64,000 bases of DNA. It comes from Armatimonadota bacterium. GTDB lineage: Bacteria > Armatimonadota > UBA5829 > DTJY01. Below the pieces are notes generated by a model. That model was not told where the DNA came from. It saw only the letters and a list, made by a program, of their open reading frames with translations, and searched no databases. The number at the start of each line of letters is the position of its first letter. The stretch's first letter is position 1. Both the position numbers and the translations under genes were made by a program. Of this stretch, positions 1-8,916 are shown one piece after another. Location of the stretch: positions 1,538,788-1,602,787 of the forward strand of contig OY760504.1 of NCBI GenBank assembly GCA_963663705.1, in the 5' to 3' direction.

Positions 1-40
1 GAGCGAAGTCGAATGGGGTTGGGGTGAGGGCCGAATCTTA
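1..40. repeat. Partial copy of REP-like repeat family X (…GGGGTGAGGGCCGAATC), truncated by the window start
   Basis: ggttggggtgagggccgaatc matches 8854-8873 and 48006-48026. Confidence 0.6.
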
Positions 41-62
41 TAGTCCCAAAAAAAACAAATTG

Positions 63-110
63 GCGGCTGGTCATACCTCTACAAGTGTTTGACCGGCCGC
101 TTTTAATTTT
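63..110 (+). terminator. Intrinsic terminator of an upstream gene
   Basis: gcggctggtca / tgaccggccgc stem followed by ttttaatttt. Confidence 0.6.
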
Positions 111-323
111 GTCCAATGCCCATATACTTCCATCGAATGATGCACACTTCCCTCACCCGATTACCCATGAGTAGCCCGAAAGGAAGCAGGGAGCACCCCC
201 AAAATCAGTCCAGGCGATTTATTAATCATATATATGGCAATTTAAGGAGGAAAAAAGCTGTAATATAACTAATCGAGATATATACCTTCCACGCATAAAT
301 TTTGCCACAGGAGGACACGTCTC

Positions 324-1178
324 GTGTCACAACGAATTTTGCGCCCGCTCAGCTATGGAGACCTGCTCGATGAGCTGTTCGACTTATACAAGAAGAACTT
401 TCTGTTGTTCTCAGGAATCGTGGGGCTGGTATACATACCCTTCGCGCTGCTCTCCACGATCGCCATGCTACCAATGATCAATATGATGGGTAACATGGGG
501 CCAGGTTCTACTCCATCGGACCCTTCGGCGATGTTCAGTTCCCTGATCCCTATATACATCAAGTTTGCTGCTATAGCAATAGTAGCGGGGATATTTCAGG
601 TAGCTGCGATGGGTGCGATTACCTGGGCGATATCATCAACCTACCTTGGCAAAAAGCCGACCATTCTGGCATCATACAAGGCGGTTATACCCCGTTTGCT
701 ACCTCTAATAGTTACCGGGATTATAGCGTATATGATGGTAATAGCCGGCACCATTGCATGTATTCTGCCAGGCATCGCGCTATCAGTATTTCTAGCGTTT
801 ACTACTCAAGCGATTATGCTGGAGAACAAAAGTTACTTCAACGCCATCGGCAGAACCTTCGAATTGTCGGCCGGCGCCTTTTGGCAAATCTTCGTGATAG
901 GACTGCTTGCCATGCTGCTTGTCTATTTTATACAACTCGCCGTATACCTGCCGTTCCAGTTCGCCACTGCGGCGGCTGCTTCCAATCCGTCACTCATGAC
1001 TGCCATTTTCTTGGTACAAGGGTTGTTTAGTGGAATCGCGAACAGTGTTGCACTACCGATATTGCTGTCCGCGCTTGTTCTGCTATACTACGATGTGAGG
1101 GTCCGCAAGGAAGGGTTCGATATTGAGATGCTGGCCGCAAGCATCGAGGGCGGCACAACTGGCTCCGAGCGCGCGTAA
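324..1178 (+). CDS. Multi-pass membrane protein of the MoxR-associated cluster (glycerophosphodiesterase membrane-domain-like)
   Basis: RPLSYGDLLD start, about 6 TM helices, C-terminal LLYYDVRVRKEGFDIE typical of these proteins; AGGAGG RBS before GTG. Confidence 0.75.
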   Translation: MSQRILRPLSYGDLLDELFDLYKKNFLLFSGIVGLVYIPFALLSTIAMLPMINMMGNMGPGSTPSDPSAMFSSLIPIYIKFAAIAIVAGIFQVAAMGAITWAISSTYLGKKPTILASYKAVIPRLLPLIVTGIIAYMMVIAGTIACILPGIALSVFLAFTTQAIMLENKSYFNAIGRTFELSAGAFWQIFVIGLLAMLLVYFIQLAVYLPFQFATAAAASNPSLMTAIFLVQGLFSGIANSVALPILLSALVLLYYDVRVRKEGFDIEMLAASIEGGTTGSERA

Positions 1179-1202
1179 GTTGACTGTTGAAGGTATCATC
1201 GC

Positions 1203-2219
1203 ATGACATATAAGAGAATATCTACTCTCCATGCACTGTGCGCGCTGTCTGTCTGTCTGATCTCCACATGTGCCCACGGGGCCTCTCTGAGCGAGTACAA
1301 CCGAACGCTCGGTGATGCCTCGAGCCGCATGCAAACCGCCATTCACATGGAAACGGCGCATCCCGGATCGAGCAAACATGCACTCGAGGGGCTGGCGCAT
1401 AATCTGCCGAAGTCCATCGCGGTCGAGATGCCGGGCGGACGGCGCATCAACTCCGATATGCGCTGGCTGAGGGACGGTCTACTAAGCAGCCGCACGCTTT
1501 CCGTCCGGAAGAAAGTCGACTATCTCACCCGTCTCACGGAACAGGCACAGTCGCTGATCGCGGTCAATGCGAGCCTTCCCCAAAACAACCCGGGGTCCAT
1601 CCGGCATGCCAGAAGTGTCCTGCGCAGCGTCGTCAAGCATGACGAATACAGGCACTCATGGCTCGGTGATAAAGTGATGGAGGCACTTGGCGCTATTGGG
1701 AATGTAATCGGCGGCGTAATAGAAAACATTATACGGCACGTTCCGGGGAGCGCAATCGGCTGGGTCGGGCGCGTTCTGGCTGTGATAATAGTGATCGCCT
1801 TTGCGGCCATGCTGGTATATATCGCCGTGAAGCTTGTGAGCCGCTACTCGAAGAAGGTGGCAGCCGAAGATGCGATCAAGGAATGGCGAGAACTCAAGTC
1901 GACGCGGCCGTCTATGGAATCGCTCATGGAGTCGGCGGAATCGCACGCAGCGGGCGGTCTCTACAGGGCCGCTTACCGTGACCTCTATCTGGCGTCGATC
2001 CTGCTGCTCGACAGGGCGAAGATCATCATCTACGCGGATGGCAGCACAAACTGGGAGTACATTCGGGCGATCAGGCGGCAATCGCTTAACGAACATGCCG
2101 CAATTTTCGGGGATATGACGCTAGTATTCGACCGCTTGATATACGGACACGGGGATATCTCTGCGAATGATTATACCCTCGGCACAGAACAGTTTCACCG
2201 ATTGGAGGGAATGGTTTGA
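1203..2219 (+). CDS. DUF4129 domain membrane protein
   Basis: Signal peptide, one internal TM, C-terminal 'A…G.YRAAYR.LYLA…TNWEY…FDRLIYGH' pattern. Confidence 0.75.
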   Translation: MTYKRISTLHALCALSVCLISTCAHGASLSEYNRTLGDASSRMQTAIHMETAHPGSSKHALEGLAHNLPKSIAVEMPGGRRINSDMRWLRDGLLSSRTLSVRKKVDYLTRLTEQAQSLIAVNASLPQNNPGSIRHARSVLRSVVKHDEYRHSWLGDKVMEALGAIGNVIGGVIENIIRHVPGSAIGWVGRVLAVIIVIAFAAMLVYIAVKLVSRYSKKVAAEDAIKEWRELKSTRPSMESLMESAESHAAGGLYRAAYRDLYLASILLLDRAKIIIYADGSTNWEYIRAIRRQSLNEHAAIFGDMTLVFDRLIYGHGDISANDYTLGTEQFHRLEGMV

Positions 2220-3424
2220 AGATTCGATTCTCTCAAGACATATGGGTGATACTGGTGCTGTTGGCGCTGCTCACGATTTTCAGCGTGTATGCAGGAAAGC
2301 GATCAGGCGATACGGATCTCGGCGTAATGCCGACTCCTTCGTCGTACTCATCGCGCCCGAACGGTATCAAGGGGCTGTATGATACCCTGGACAAGCTTAA
2401 TTACCACGTGCGCAGGAACATACAACCGATAACATCCCAACCGAGCAGTGGTGTCTTCTTCCTTCTATCGGCTAATTCGATGGTACCTGTGTCGAACCAG
2501 GAGTGGCTTACCCTCAAGCGGTGGGTCGAGAAAGGCAATCTTCTAATCGTTGCGGAGACCGGTACCGATTGGGGTTATGATGATGGCGCTAAAGACTCGA
2601 AATCACAGCCCGTCTGTCCATCCTTCCTGGCACCGGATGTAAAGGCGTTTAGAGTCAGCGGAAAAGGCAGGGTGGATAAAAAGAGTTGGGCATTTCAGAG
2701 CAACGATTCCACGCCGTTACCCTTACGCCGCGCCGCAAGCGCACACCCGAAGGTACAAGTAGTAAAAGCGCGACCCCTCGTGCCGCTTTTGCGGGATGCG
2801 AAGGGAACGACGGCCGCATTCAGCCGGTGGGGCAAAGGCGGAGTCGTTGTCCTGCACAGCGCATGGCCGATCTCAAACGATGGGATAGGCAAGGATGACA
2901 ACCTCATCCTCGCGCTTAATGCGGTGAATTACAGGCAAGACTACGAGGGGATCACTGTGACCTTCGACGAGTATCACAACGGATACGGCAGAGCCCCCGG
3001 CATAACGTCGCTGATCGGCGGCCCGGCGAAGATCGGTCTGATGCAGCTCTTCATGGCGTTTATACTGCTTGTACTGGCGGTCTCCAGAAGATTCGGCCGG
3101 CCGGTCTATCTGAGTGAAGGCGCTCGTCAGAGAAGCGAGTACTTGAGCTCAATGTCGTCGCTGCTCCGCAAGGCGCACGCCGTCAAGGTAGTTAACACGG
3201 AGCTTGAGCGCAAATTCCTTCAGGACGTTGCAGGCTCGCTTGGCCTGCCGGTCAACGCCGATCGGGAAGCAATCCTTGAGGTCTGCACTCGAAGGCGGCC
3301 CGACAAGGCCTCGGAACTCCGCCAATTGATATTTGTATCCGATGACAGGCTGGACGATAATACCCTTATGGCGCTGACAATTCGGCGCAACCATCTTAGA
3401 AAGGAACTGATTAAACCAAGATGA
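2216..3424 (+). CDS. DUF4350 domain protein
   Basis: N-terminal TM, 'SSYSSRPNGIKGLY', 'WVEKGNLLI', 'FDEYHNG', C-terminal TM then 'RRFGRP'; overlaps neighbours by 4 nt. Confidence 0.8.
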   Translation: MKIRFSQDIWVILVLLALLTIFSVYAGKRSGDTDLGVMPTPSSYSSRPNGIKGLYDTLDKLNYHVRRNIQPITSQPSSGVFFLLSANSMVPVSNQEWLTLKRWVEKGNLLIVAETGTDWGYDDGAKDSKSQPVCPSFLAPDVKAFRVSGKGRVDKKSWAFQSNDSTPLPLRRAASAHPKVQVVKARPLVPLLRDAKGTTAAFSRWGKGGVVVLHSAWPISNDGIGKDDNLILALNAVNYRQDYEGITVTFDEYHNGYGRAPGITSLIGGPAKIGLMQLFMAFILLVLAVSRRFGRPVYLSEGARQRSEYLSSMSSLLRKAHAVKVVNTELERKFLQDVAGSLGLPVNADREAILEVCTRRRPDKASELRQLIFVSDDRLDDNTLMALTIRRNHLRKELIKPR

Positions 3425-4368
3425 CAGTACGAGAACTCGGAGAGTTTATATACGGCGAATCGAGCAAGGTTATTTCCGGTCAGGATGAGGTCATGGAACA
3501 GGTGCTTGTCTGTTTCCTGGCACGAGGCCATGTGCTCCTTGAGGGCGTCCCCGGCATAGCGAAGACGCTCGCGGTCAGGACCGTCGCGGCGATACTCGGC
3601 TGCGACTTCAAGCGCGTGCAGTTCACGCCCGACCTGATGCCGTCCGACATCACAGGCACGAGCGTGTTCGATAACGCAAGCGCCGATTTCCATCTCAAGA
3701 AGGGCCCTGTCTTCACCGACGTCCTGCTCGCTGATGAAATCAACCGCACACCGCCAAAGACACAGGCGGCACTCCTGCAGGCCATGGAGGAGCGGTTCGT
3801 CACGATCGACGGCACGGACAACTCGCTCGGCGATGTATTTTTCGTGGCAGCGACTCAGAACCCTATCGAATACGAAGGGACATACCCTCTCCCCGAGGCA
3901 CAGCTCGACAGGTTCCTGATGAAGGTTATTGTCGGATACCCGGACGAGAGCGCCGAACTCGAGGTTCTGAAGCGCTCGCACGGTGGATTTGATCCGCATG
4001 ACCTGTCGACCGCCAACCTGAAGACTTTGACGGACTATGCGCCGATACGCGATGCCTGGGCAGAGATCGCAAGGGTCACGGTCGATGATGAAGTCATGCG
4101 CTATCTGCTCGCAATCGCACGGCAGACTCGAGGGGCATATCAGGTGATGCTTGGTGCCAGTCCTCGTGCATCCGTCGCCATGCTGAAGTGCGGAAAGGCA
4201 CTCGCGGCGCTGAGGGGTCGGGACTACGTGACGCCTGACGACATAAAGACCGTGGCGACGCCGATCATGCGGCACAGGTTGATTCTTTCACCGGAGAGCG
4301 CCATCGAGGGCGTGAGCACGGACGATGTGATCTCAAGAATCTTCACGGCGGTTCCGGTACCAAGATGA
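3421..4368 (+). CDS. moxR: MoxR-family AAA+ ATPase
   Basis: GHVLLEGVPGIAKT Walker A, RVQFTPDLMPSDITG, LLADEINRTPPKTQAALL, ATQNPIEYEGTYPLPEAQLDRF. Confidence 0.95.
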   Translation: MTVRELGEFIYGESSKVISGQDEVMEQVLVCFLARGHVLLEGVPGIAKTLAVRTVAAILGCDFKRVQFTPDLMPSDITGTSVFDNASADFHLKKGPVFTDVLLADEINRTPPKTQAALLQAMEERFVTIDGTDNSLGDVFFVAATQNPIEYEGTYPLPEAQLDRFLMKVIVGYPDESAELEVLKRSHGGFDPHDLSTANLKTLTDYAPIRDAWAEIARVTVDDEVMRYLLAIARQTRGAYQVMLGASPRASVAMLKCGKALAALRGRDYVTPDDIKTVATPIMRHRLILSPESAIEGVSTDDVISRIFTAVPVPR

Positions 4369-5726
4369 GCAAATGGCGGTGGAAATCACCCAAAATCTAT
4401 CCGACGGCACGCCTGTCAGGGGCTTTTGCGGTAGGTGCGATATGGTTCTTCGCCATGCCATGGGGCGGAAAGCTCTTCATGTGGCTTGGCGCAGGGTACA
4501 ACCTCGCAGTGCTGGCGCTCGCCATACTGGACTACGTCTGGCTTGACGATTCACGTAAGTGCAGTGTCAGCCGTGCGTGCGAGCCGACCCTCTCCATAGG
4601 CGAGAAAAACCCTGTATGGATAACCGTCGCACACACAGGCAGTCGCCCGATGGACGTAATGGTCAAGGATGAGCCACCAATCGATTTTGGGATTTCCACA
4701 CGGTTCCTGGCTACTCGGATTCAGCCGGAAGAGATCATCCGCATGAACTACAAGGTCTCGCCTGCCGAACGTGGGGATTACGAGTTTGGCAACGTGAACG
4801 CGAGATTCAGGACGATGCTCGGCCTGCTCAGCCGGCAGGAGGCGTTTCCGGCCGAAATCAACGTGAAGGTCTATCCGGATATTTTTCAGACGAAACGGCA
4901 CATGCTCTTCTCGCGGGAGAATCGGCTCGCACAGCTCGGGATCCGGCGGAGCAGAATAGTCGGACAGGGCCGGGAGTTCGAGCGATTGCGCGACTACATC
5001 CCCGACGACTCGCCGAGAGACATCGATTGGAAGGCTACCGCGCGCCGTGGCATACTCACGACCCGCGAGTATGACGTTGAGCGCAGCCAGAATATCATGG
5101 TTCTACTGGATGCAGGTCGCACAATGGCAAGCGCGACCGTCGAGCCGGACGGCACGCTTGGCATCACGAAGCTGGACTGCGCCATCAATGCGTCTGTGCT
5201 GCTCGCACACGTCGCGGCAGAGTCGAATGACCGGATAGGCATGTACTGCTTCGCAAAGGGGCCTGTGGCCTTCCTACCTGCCGGGAAAGGGGCATCACAG
5301 TCAACCCGGCTGCTGGATGCGCTGTATCCGTTAAAGCCGAGGATGGAAGAGACGTCTTACTATGACAACTTCATGTTCGTGAGCTACAAGCAGCAGAAAC
5401 GATCGCTCGTCTTCCTGTTTACGGACCTTATCGATCCTGAAGCATCGAAGAATTTGATAGCCAATATAGGGATACTGTCGAGGAAGCATCTGGTTGTGTG
5501 CATAGCCCTCGCCGACTATGAGCTGCCGTCGATAATCGACGGTGTGCCTGGTAAGCCCGCGGATTTGTACAATCAGGCGGTTGCGCTCGGGATTGTTCGG
5601 GAGCGGAAGAAGGCGCTCGCACAACTGTCGAGCCAGGGTGTGATCACGATCGACGCGACACCCGCAGATCTATCTGTGGCTGCGGTGAACAAGTACCTTC
5701 AGTTGAAGCGCGAGGGGCGGCTTTAG
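4365..5726 (+). CDS. DUF58 (vWA-like) protein
   Basis: GREFERLRDYIPDD…IDWKATARR, LLDAGRTM MIDAS-like motif, two N-terminal TMs. Confidence 0.9.
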   Translation: MSKWRWKSPKIYPTARLSGAFAVGAIWFFAMPWGGKLFMWLGAGYNLAVLALAILDYVWLDDSRKCSVSRACEPTLSIGEKNPVWITVAHTGSRPMDVMVKDEPPIDFGISTRFLATRIQPEEIIRMNYKVSPAERGDYEFGNVNARFRTMLGLLSRQEAFPAEINVKVYPDIFQTKRHMLFSRENRLAQLGIRRSRIVGQGREFERLRDYIPDDSPRDIDWKATARRGILTTREYDVERSQNIMVLLDAGRTMASATVEPDGTLGITKLDCAINASVLLAHVAAESNDRIGMYCFAKGPVAFLPAGKGASQSTRLLDALYPLKPRMEETSYYDNFMFVSYKQQKRSLVFLFTDLIDPEASKNLIANIGILSRKHLVVCIALADYELPSIIDGVPGKPADLYNQAVALGIVRERKKALAQLSSQGVITIDATPADLSVAAVNKYLQLKREGRL

Positions 5727-5782
5727 GGACTCACCATAAGTAAAAGCATGCTGAAGCGAGCTGTTCAGGTGTTTTCTACGGA

Positions 5783-5814
5783 ACCTCCCCTGCCCCTCCT
5801 TCGCAAGGAGGGGA
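5783..5814. repeat. CCCCTCCTT-N3-AAGGAGGGG palindromic REP-like element, also a possible terminator between convergent genes
   Basis: acctcccctgcccctccttcgcaaggagggga; same architecture as 47830-47865. Confidence 0.6.
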
Positions 5815-5830
5815 TTTACGAATTCTGCTA

Positions 5831-6832
5831 TTAGCGTCGCGTTGTCAATGGTGTATAGGATGTGCGCCCGGCCATGAACAGATACATGAATTCGACGGTG
5901 CCGACGACTGCGGCGACTATCAGTTTCAGTTGATACGGGACCATGCTGGGGGAGAAGAAGCCCTCGATCAGTCCTGCAACGACGAGCATCGCGCCGACAC
6001 CGATCATGAGCGTGAAGGCTTGACGGCCCGCAAGTTTGAGAGCGTCACCGCGAGTGTAATCGCCGGGGTTCAGGAGCGCCCATCCGAGCATAAGGCCCGC
6101 TCCACCCGCGATGAATATCGCCGTAAGCTCTATGACGCCATGGGGCGCAACAAAGCCCCAGAAGCTCAAGGCGACGTTCAGCCCGCGTGAATTGACTACA
6201 GCGCCTATCACGCCAAGCATCAGGCCGTTGTAGAACAGAAAAAAGATGGTTCCAAGGCCTGCAGCGATACCTGTAGCAAAGGCAAGTATGCTGACTCTTA
6301 TATTGTTAGACATGATGAAGGAAGACATCAACGGTCGCTCTTCTTCCGGCATCCAGTTCTTTTTACCGGTGTGACGCTCAGCTATGGAATCAGCCATTTC
6401 GCCCGCGCCCTGGCCCAGCACCGTGTCGGCCTTGCCGGGGTCTCGGCGGACCTGATCTCCAGCGAAAATCGCGGCGCCAAGGGTTATCAGGAAGGCGATT
6501 AATATGAAAGCCAGGTTTCGTCGGAATGTCTGAGGAAACTCTTCGGCGAAGAATTTGCGGATGGACGGCCACCCTTTCGGCTCTGACACGTAGATATGAC
6601 CGTATGCCCGCGATGCAAGCTGGTTCAAGTATTCTATCTGCGCGTCATCGATCCCCGCACTGCGCGCCTTCGACAGCGCAGACACGACTCGCCTGTAGAG
6701 ATGGCCGAAATCGAGGAGATCGTCGCTATTAAGGCTGCTAAGCCCTTTTGATTCAATCTGATCGAGCATCTGCGAAAGTCGCTTGAAACTATCTTGATCG
6801 TTTGTTTGTATAGTCACTTTTTCACCTGTCAT
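5831..6832 (-). CDS. SpoIIM-like (DUF95) membrane protein
   Basis: FIMSNNIRV, NGLMLG, PHGVIELTAIFIAGGAGL, VAGLIEGFFSP. Confidence 0.9.
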   Translation of the reverse strand: MTGEKVTIQTNDQDSFKRLSQMLDQIESKGLSSLNSDDLLDFGHLYRRVVSALSKARSAGIDDAQIEYLNQLASRAYGHIYVSEPKGWPSIRKFFAEEFPQTFRRNLAFILIAFLITLGAAIFAGDQVRRDPGKADTVLGQGAGEMADSIAERHTGKKNWMPEEERPLMSSFIMSNNIRVSILAFATGIAAGLGTIFFLFYNGLMLGVIGAVVNSRGLNVALSFWGFVAPHGVIELTAIFIAGGAGLMLGWALLNPGDYTRGDALKLAGRQAFTLMIGVGAMLVVAGLIEGFFSPSMVPYQLKLIVAAVVGTVEFMYLFMAGRTSYTPLTTRR

Positions 6833-6846
6833 TTGGAGGTATATTT

Positions 6847-7653
6847 ATGTCTAGAGAGATCGCAATACTCACACCGGAGCATGTCGAGCTGAAATTCGAG
6901 CTGGCCGGCCTCGGATCCAGATTCTTTGCCATATTCCTGGATTCGCTGACGCAATCGCTGTTCGTTGTTGTTGTAGGGATAGTGCTTGTTTCCATATCTT
7001 ACGTTGAACACCTGAACGCTGCCTTATCACGAGAGTTCGACCAGATGTCCCCATGGTTCATAGCATTTATATTATTGCTGTTATTTTCTCTATGGACAGG
7101 ATATTTCCTCTATTTTGAGATCGCAGAAAACGGACAGACTCCCGGAAAGAAATGGGCGGGGATAAGAGTGATCCGAGATTCAGGCCATCCGGTCGATTTC
7201 AGGGCGGCTCTGCTCCGAAATCTTATGCGCTCAGTCGATGTTCTACCTGTCTGCTACATAGTCGGTGCGATATCCATATTCGCAAGTCCGCAGTGCCGTC
7301 GACTGGGCGATTACGTCGGAGGCACACTGGTGGTCAAGACTCGCAGTAAGCAGGAGAGACCGCAGGCACCCGAGACGCTGACGGACACAGTTAATCCAGC
7401 TCAACCCGCCGGCTACTATCTGCCTGACGAGGCGCTGGCGTGTCTCAGCTCGGTTACTAAAGAAGACTACAGGGCTGTGCGCCATTTCCTCGACAGGCGA
7501 TGGGACCTTCAGCCGACTGTGGCCACATCGCTCGCGCTGAAACTCGTGAAACCGCTTGCAGTGAAAGTGCAAATCGATCCCGAGACCATCGGGAATCCTG
7601 TAGAGTTTCTGGAAGGCCTGACGAGTGACTGGGAGCGGCGAATGGTTCACTAG
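6847..7653 (+). CDS. RDD family protein
   Basis: TPEHVEL…AGLGSRFFA…D, GQTPGK…IRV, RN…R.VD, RRLGD. Confidence 0.9.
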   Translation: MSREIAILTPEHVELKFELAGLGSRFFAIFLDSLTQSLFVVVVGIVLVSISYVEHLNAALSREFDQMSPWFIAFILLLLFSLWTGYFLYFEIAENGQTPGKKWAGIRVIRDSGHPVDFRAALLRNLMRSVDVLPVCYIVGAISIFASPQCRRLGDYVGGTLVVKTRSKQERPQAPETLTDTVNPAQPAGYYLPDEALACLSSVTKEDYRAVRHFLDRRWDLQPTVATSLALKLVKPLAVKVQIDPETIGNPVEFLEGLTSDWERRMVH

Positions 7654-7680
7654 ACCACCCTGAGACCGACAGATTTCATG

Positions 7681-8706
7681 CTAACTTCGGCCGATGACAC
7701 CTGCGATACGGCGGATATCATCCATCAACGAATCAAAGATATTCGGGATAAGCGCCTGAGGGCCGTCACAGAGAGCGCACTTCGGGTTCGTGTGAACCTC
7801 GATGATCAGGCCGTCCGCCCCAGCCGCTACCGCCGCCCGGCTCATCGCCGGCACGTACTTCCAGGTGCCAACCGCATGGCTTGGGTCGACTATTATCGGG
7901 AGATGCGAGAGTTCCTTGATCACAGGAACCACCGACAGGTCCAGCGTATTCCTGGTATATGTCCGATCCAACGGATGCACACCTCTCTCACAGAAGATGA
8001 CGTTCTGGTTTCCCTCGTTCAGGATGTATTCGGCTGAGAGGAGCCACTCGTCTATGGTGGCACTTGGCCCACGCTTGAGCAGCACGGGATGATCGGTCTT
8101 CCCGACGGCTATTAGGAGAGAGAAGTTCTGCATGTTGCGGGCGCCGATCTGCAGTATATCCGCATGCTCCGTTATGACTTCCACATCGTGCTGATCCATG
8201 ACCTCCGTGACGGTAGCCAGACCTGTCTCGGCTCCGACTTCCTTCAAAATTTTCAGGCCTTCTACTCCAAGCCCCTGAAAAGCATACGGCGACGTTCGGG
8301 GTTTGAACGCCCCGCCGCGCAGTATACGCGCACCCGAAGCTTTCACAGCCTGGGCAGTCTCCATCAGCTGATCACGGCTCTCGATGGCACACGGCCCTGC
8401 CATGACCACAACCTCAGGCCCGCCGATCTCAACGCCTTTGACTTCAACGATCGTATCCGCAGGATGGAACTCTCTCGACGCCAGCTTATACGAGCGGCTG
8501 ACCTGCGCCACGTGATCTACCCCCGGCAGAGAGATCATAATCTCCGTAAGCGGCTCACGCGCATCCGATGGAATGGAACTGGCTATACCGATGACGGTCC
8601 TGTCCCCACCTGGAATATCCAGTGGTCGCATGCCGAATTGTTCAACTTTTGCGATGACGCCTTTGATCTCCTCGGGAGTAGCGCCTGCCTTCATAGCGAT
8701 AATCAT
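7681..8706 (-). CDS. aroF: DAHP synthase (type I-beta, N-terminal ferredoxin-like regulatory domain)
   Basis: MAGPCAIES, RGGAFKPRTSPYAFQGLG, QIGARNMQNF, LLKRG, DPSHA, DGLIIEVH. Confidence 0.95.
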   Translation of the reverse strand: MIIAMKAGATPEEIKGVIAKVEQFGMRPLDIPGGDRTVIGIASSIPSDAREPLTEIMISLPGVDHVAQVSRSYKLASREFHPADTIVEVKGVEIGGPEVVVMAGPCAIESRDQLMETAQAVKASGARILRGGAFKPRTSPYAFQGLGVEGLKILKEVGAETGLATVTEVMDQHDVEVITEHADILQIGARNMQNFSLLIAVGKTDHPVLLKRGPSATIDEWLLSAEYILNEGNQNVIFCERGVHPLDRTYTRNTLDLSVVPVIKELSHLPIIVDPSHAVGTWKYVPAMSRAAVAAGADGLIIEVHTNPKCALCDGPQALIPNIFDSLMDDIRRIAGVIGRS

Positions 8707-8831
8707 GCTTGTTCACCTCGATCTTAACTACTTATTATCATACATTTATTGGAGCGCCGGTGCAAGGTCGACAAAGGCGAAGAGTGCCAATTCGGAACTC
8801 AATGTGTAAGCAAGCGTGGAATTGGCGGAAC

Positions 8832-8885
8832 AAAAACGCCCTCACCCGAAATCGGTTGGGTGAGGGCCGAATCAGTGCAATCTTA
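8832..8885. repeat. REP-like repeat family X (hairpin GCCCTCACCC / GGGTGAGGGC)
   Basis: 10-bp perfect stem 8838-8847/8858-8867; about 55 bp near-identical to 47984-48038. Confidence 0.75.
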
Positions 8886-8916
8886 AAAATCATCCACAAG
8901 AAAGCTTATAGGACCA

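Noticed and set aside
3220-4275. 351-aa minus-strand ORF
   Set aside because: Antisense shadow of moxR with no recognisable motifs
5831-6832. Sporulation function
   Set aside because: SpoIIM-like DUF95 proteins in MoxR clusters are common in non-sporulating bacteria, and no other spo genes are present
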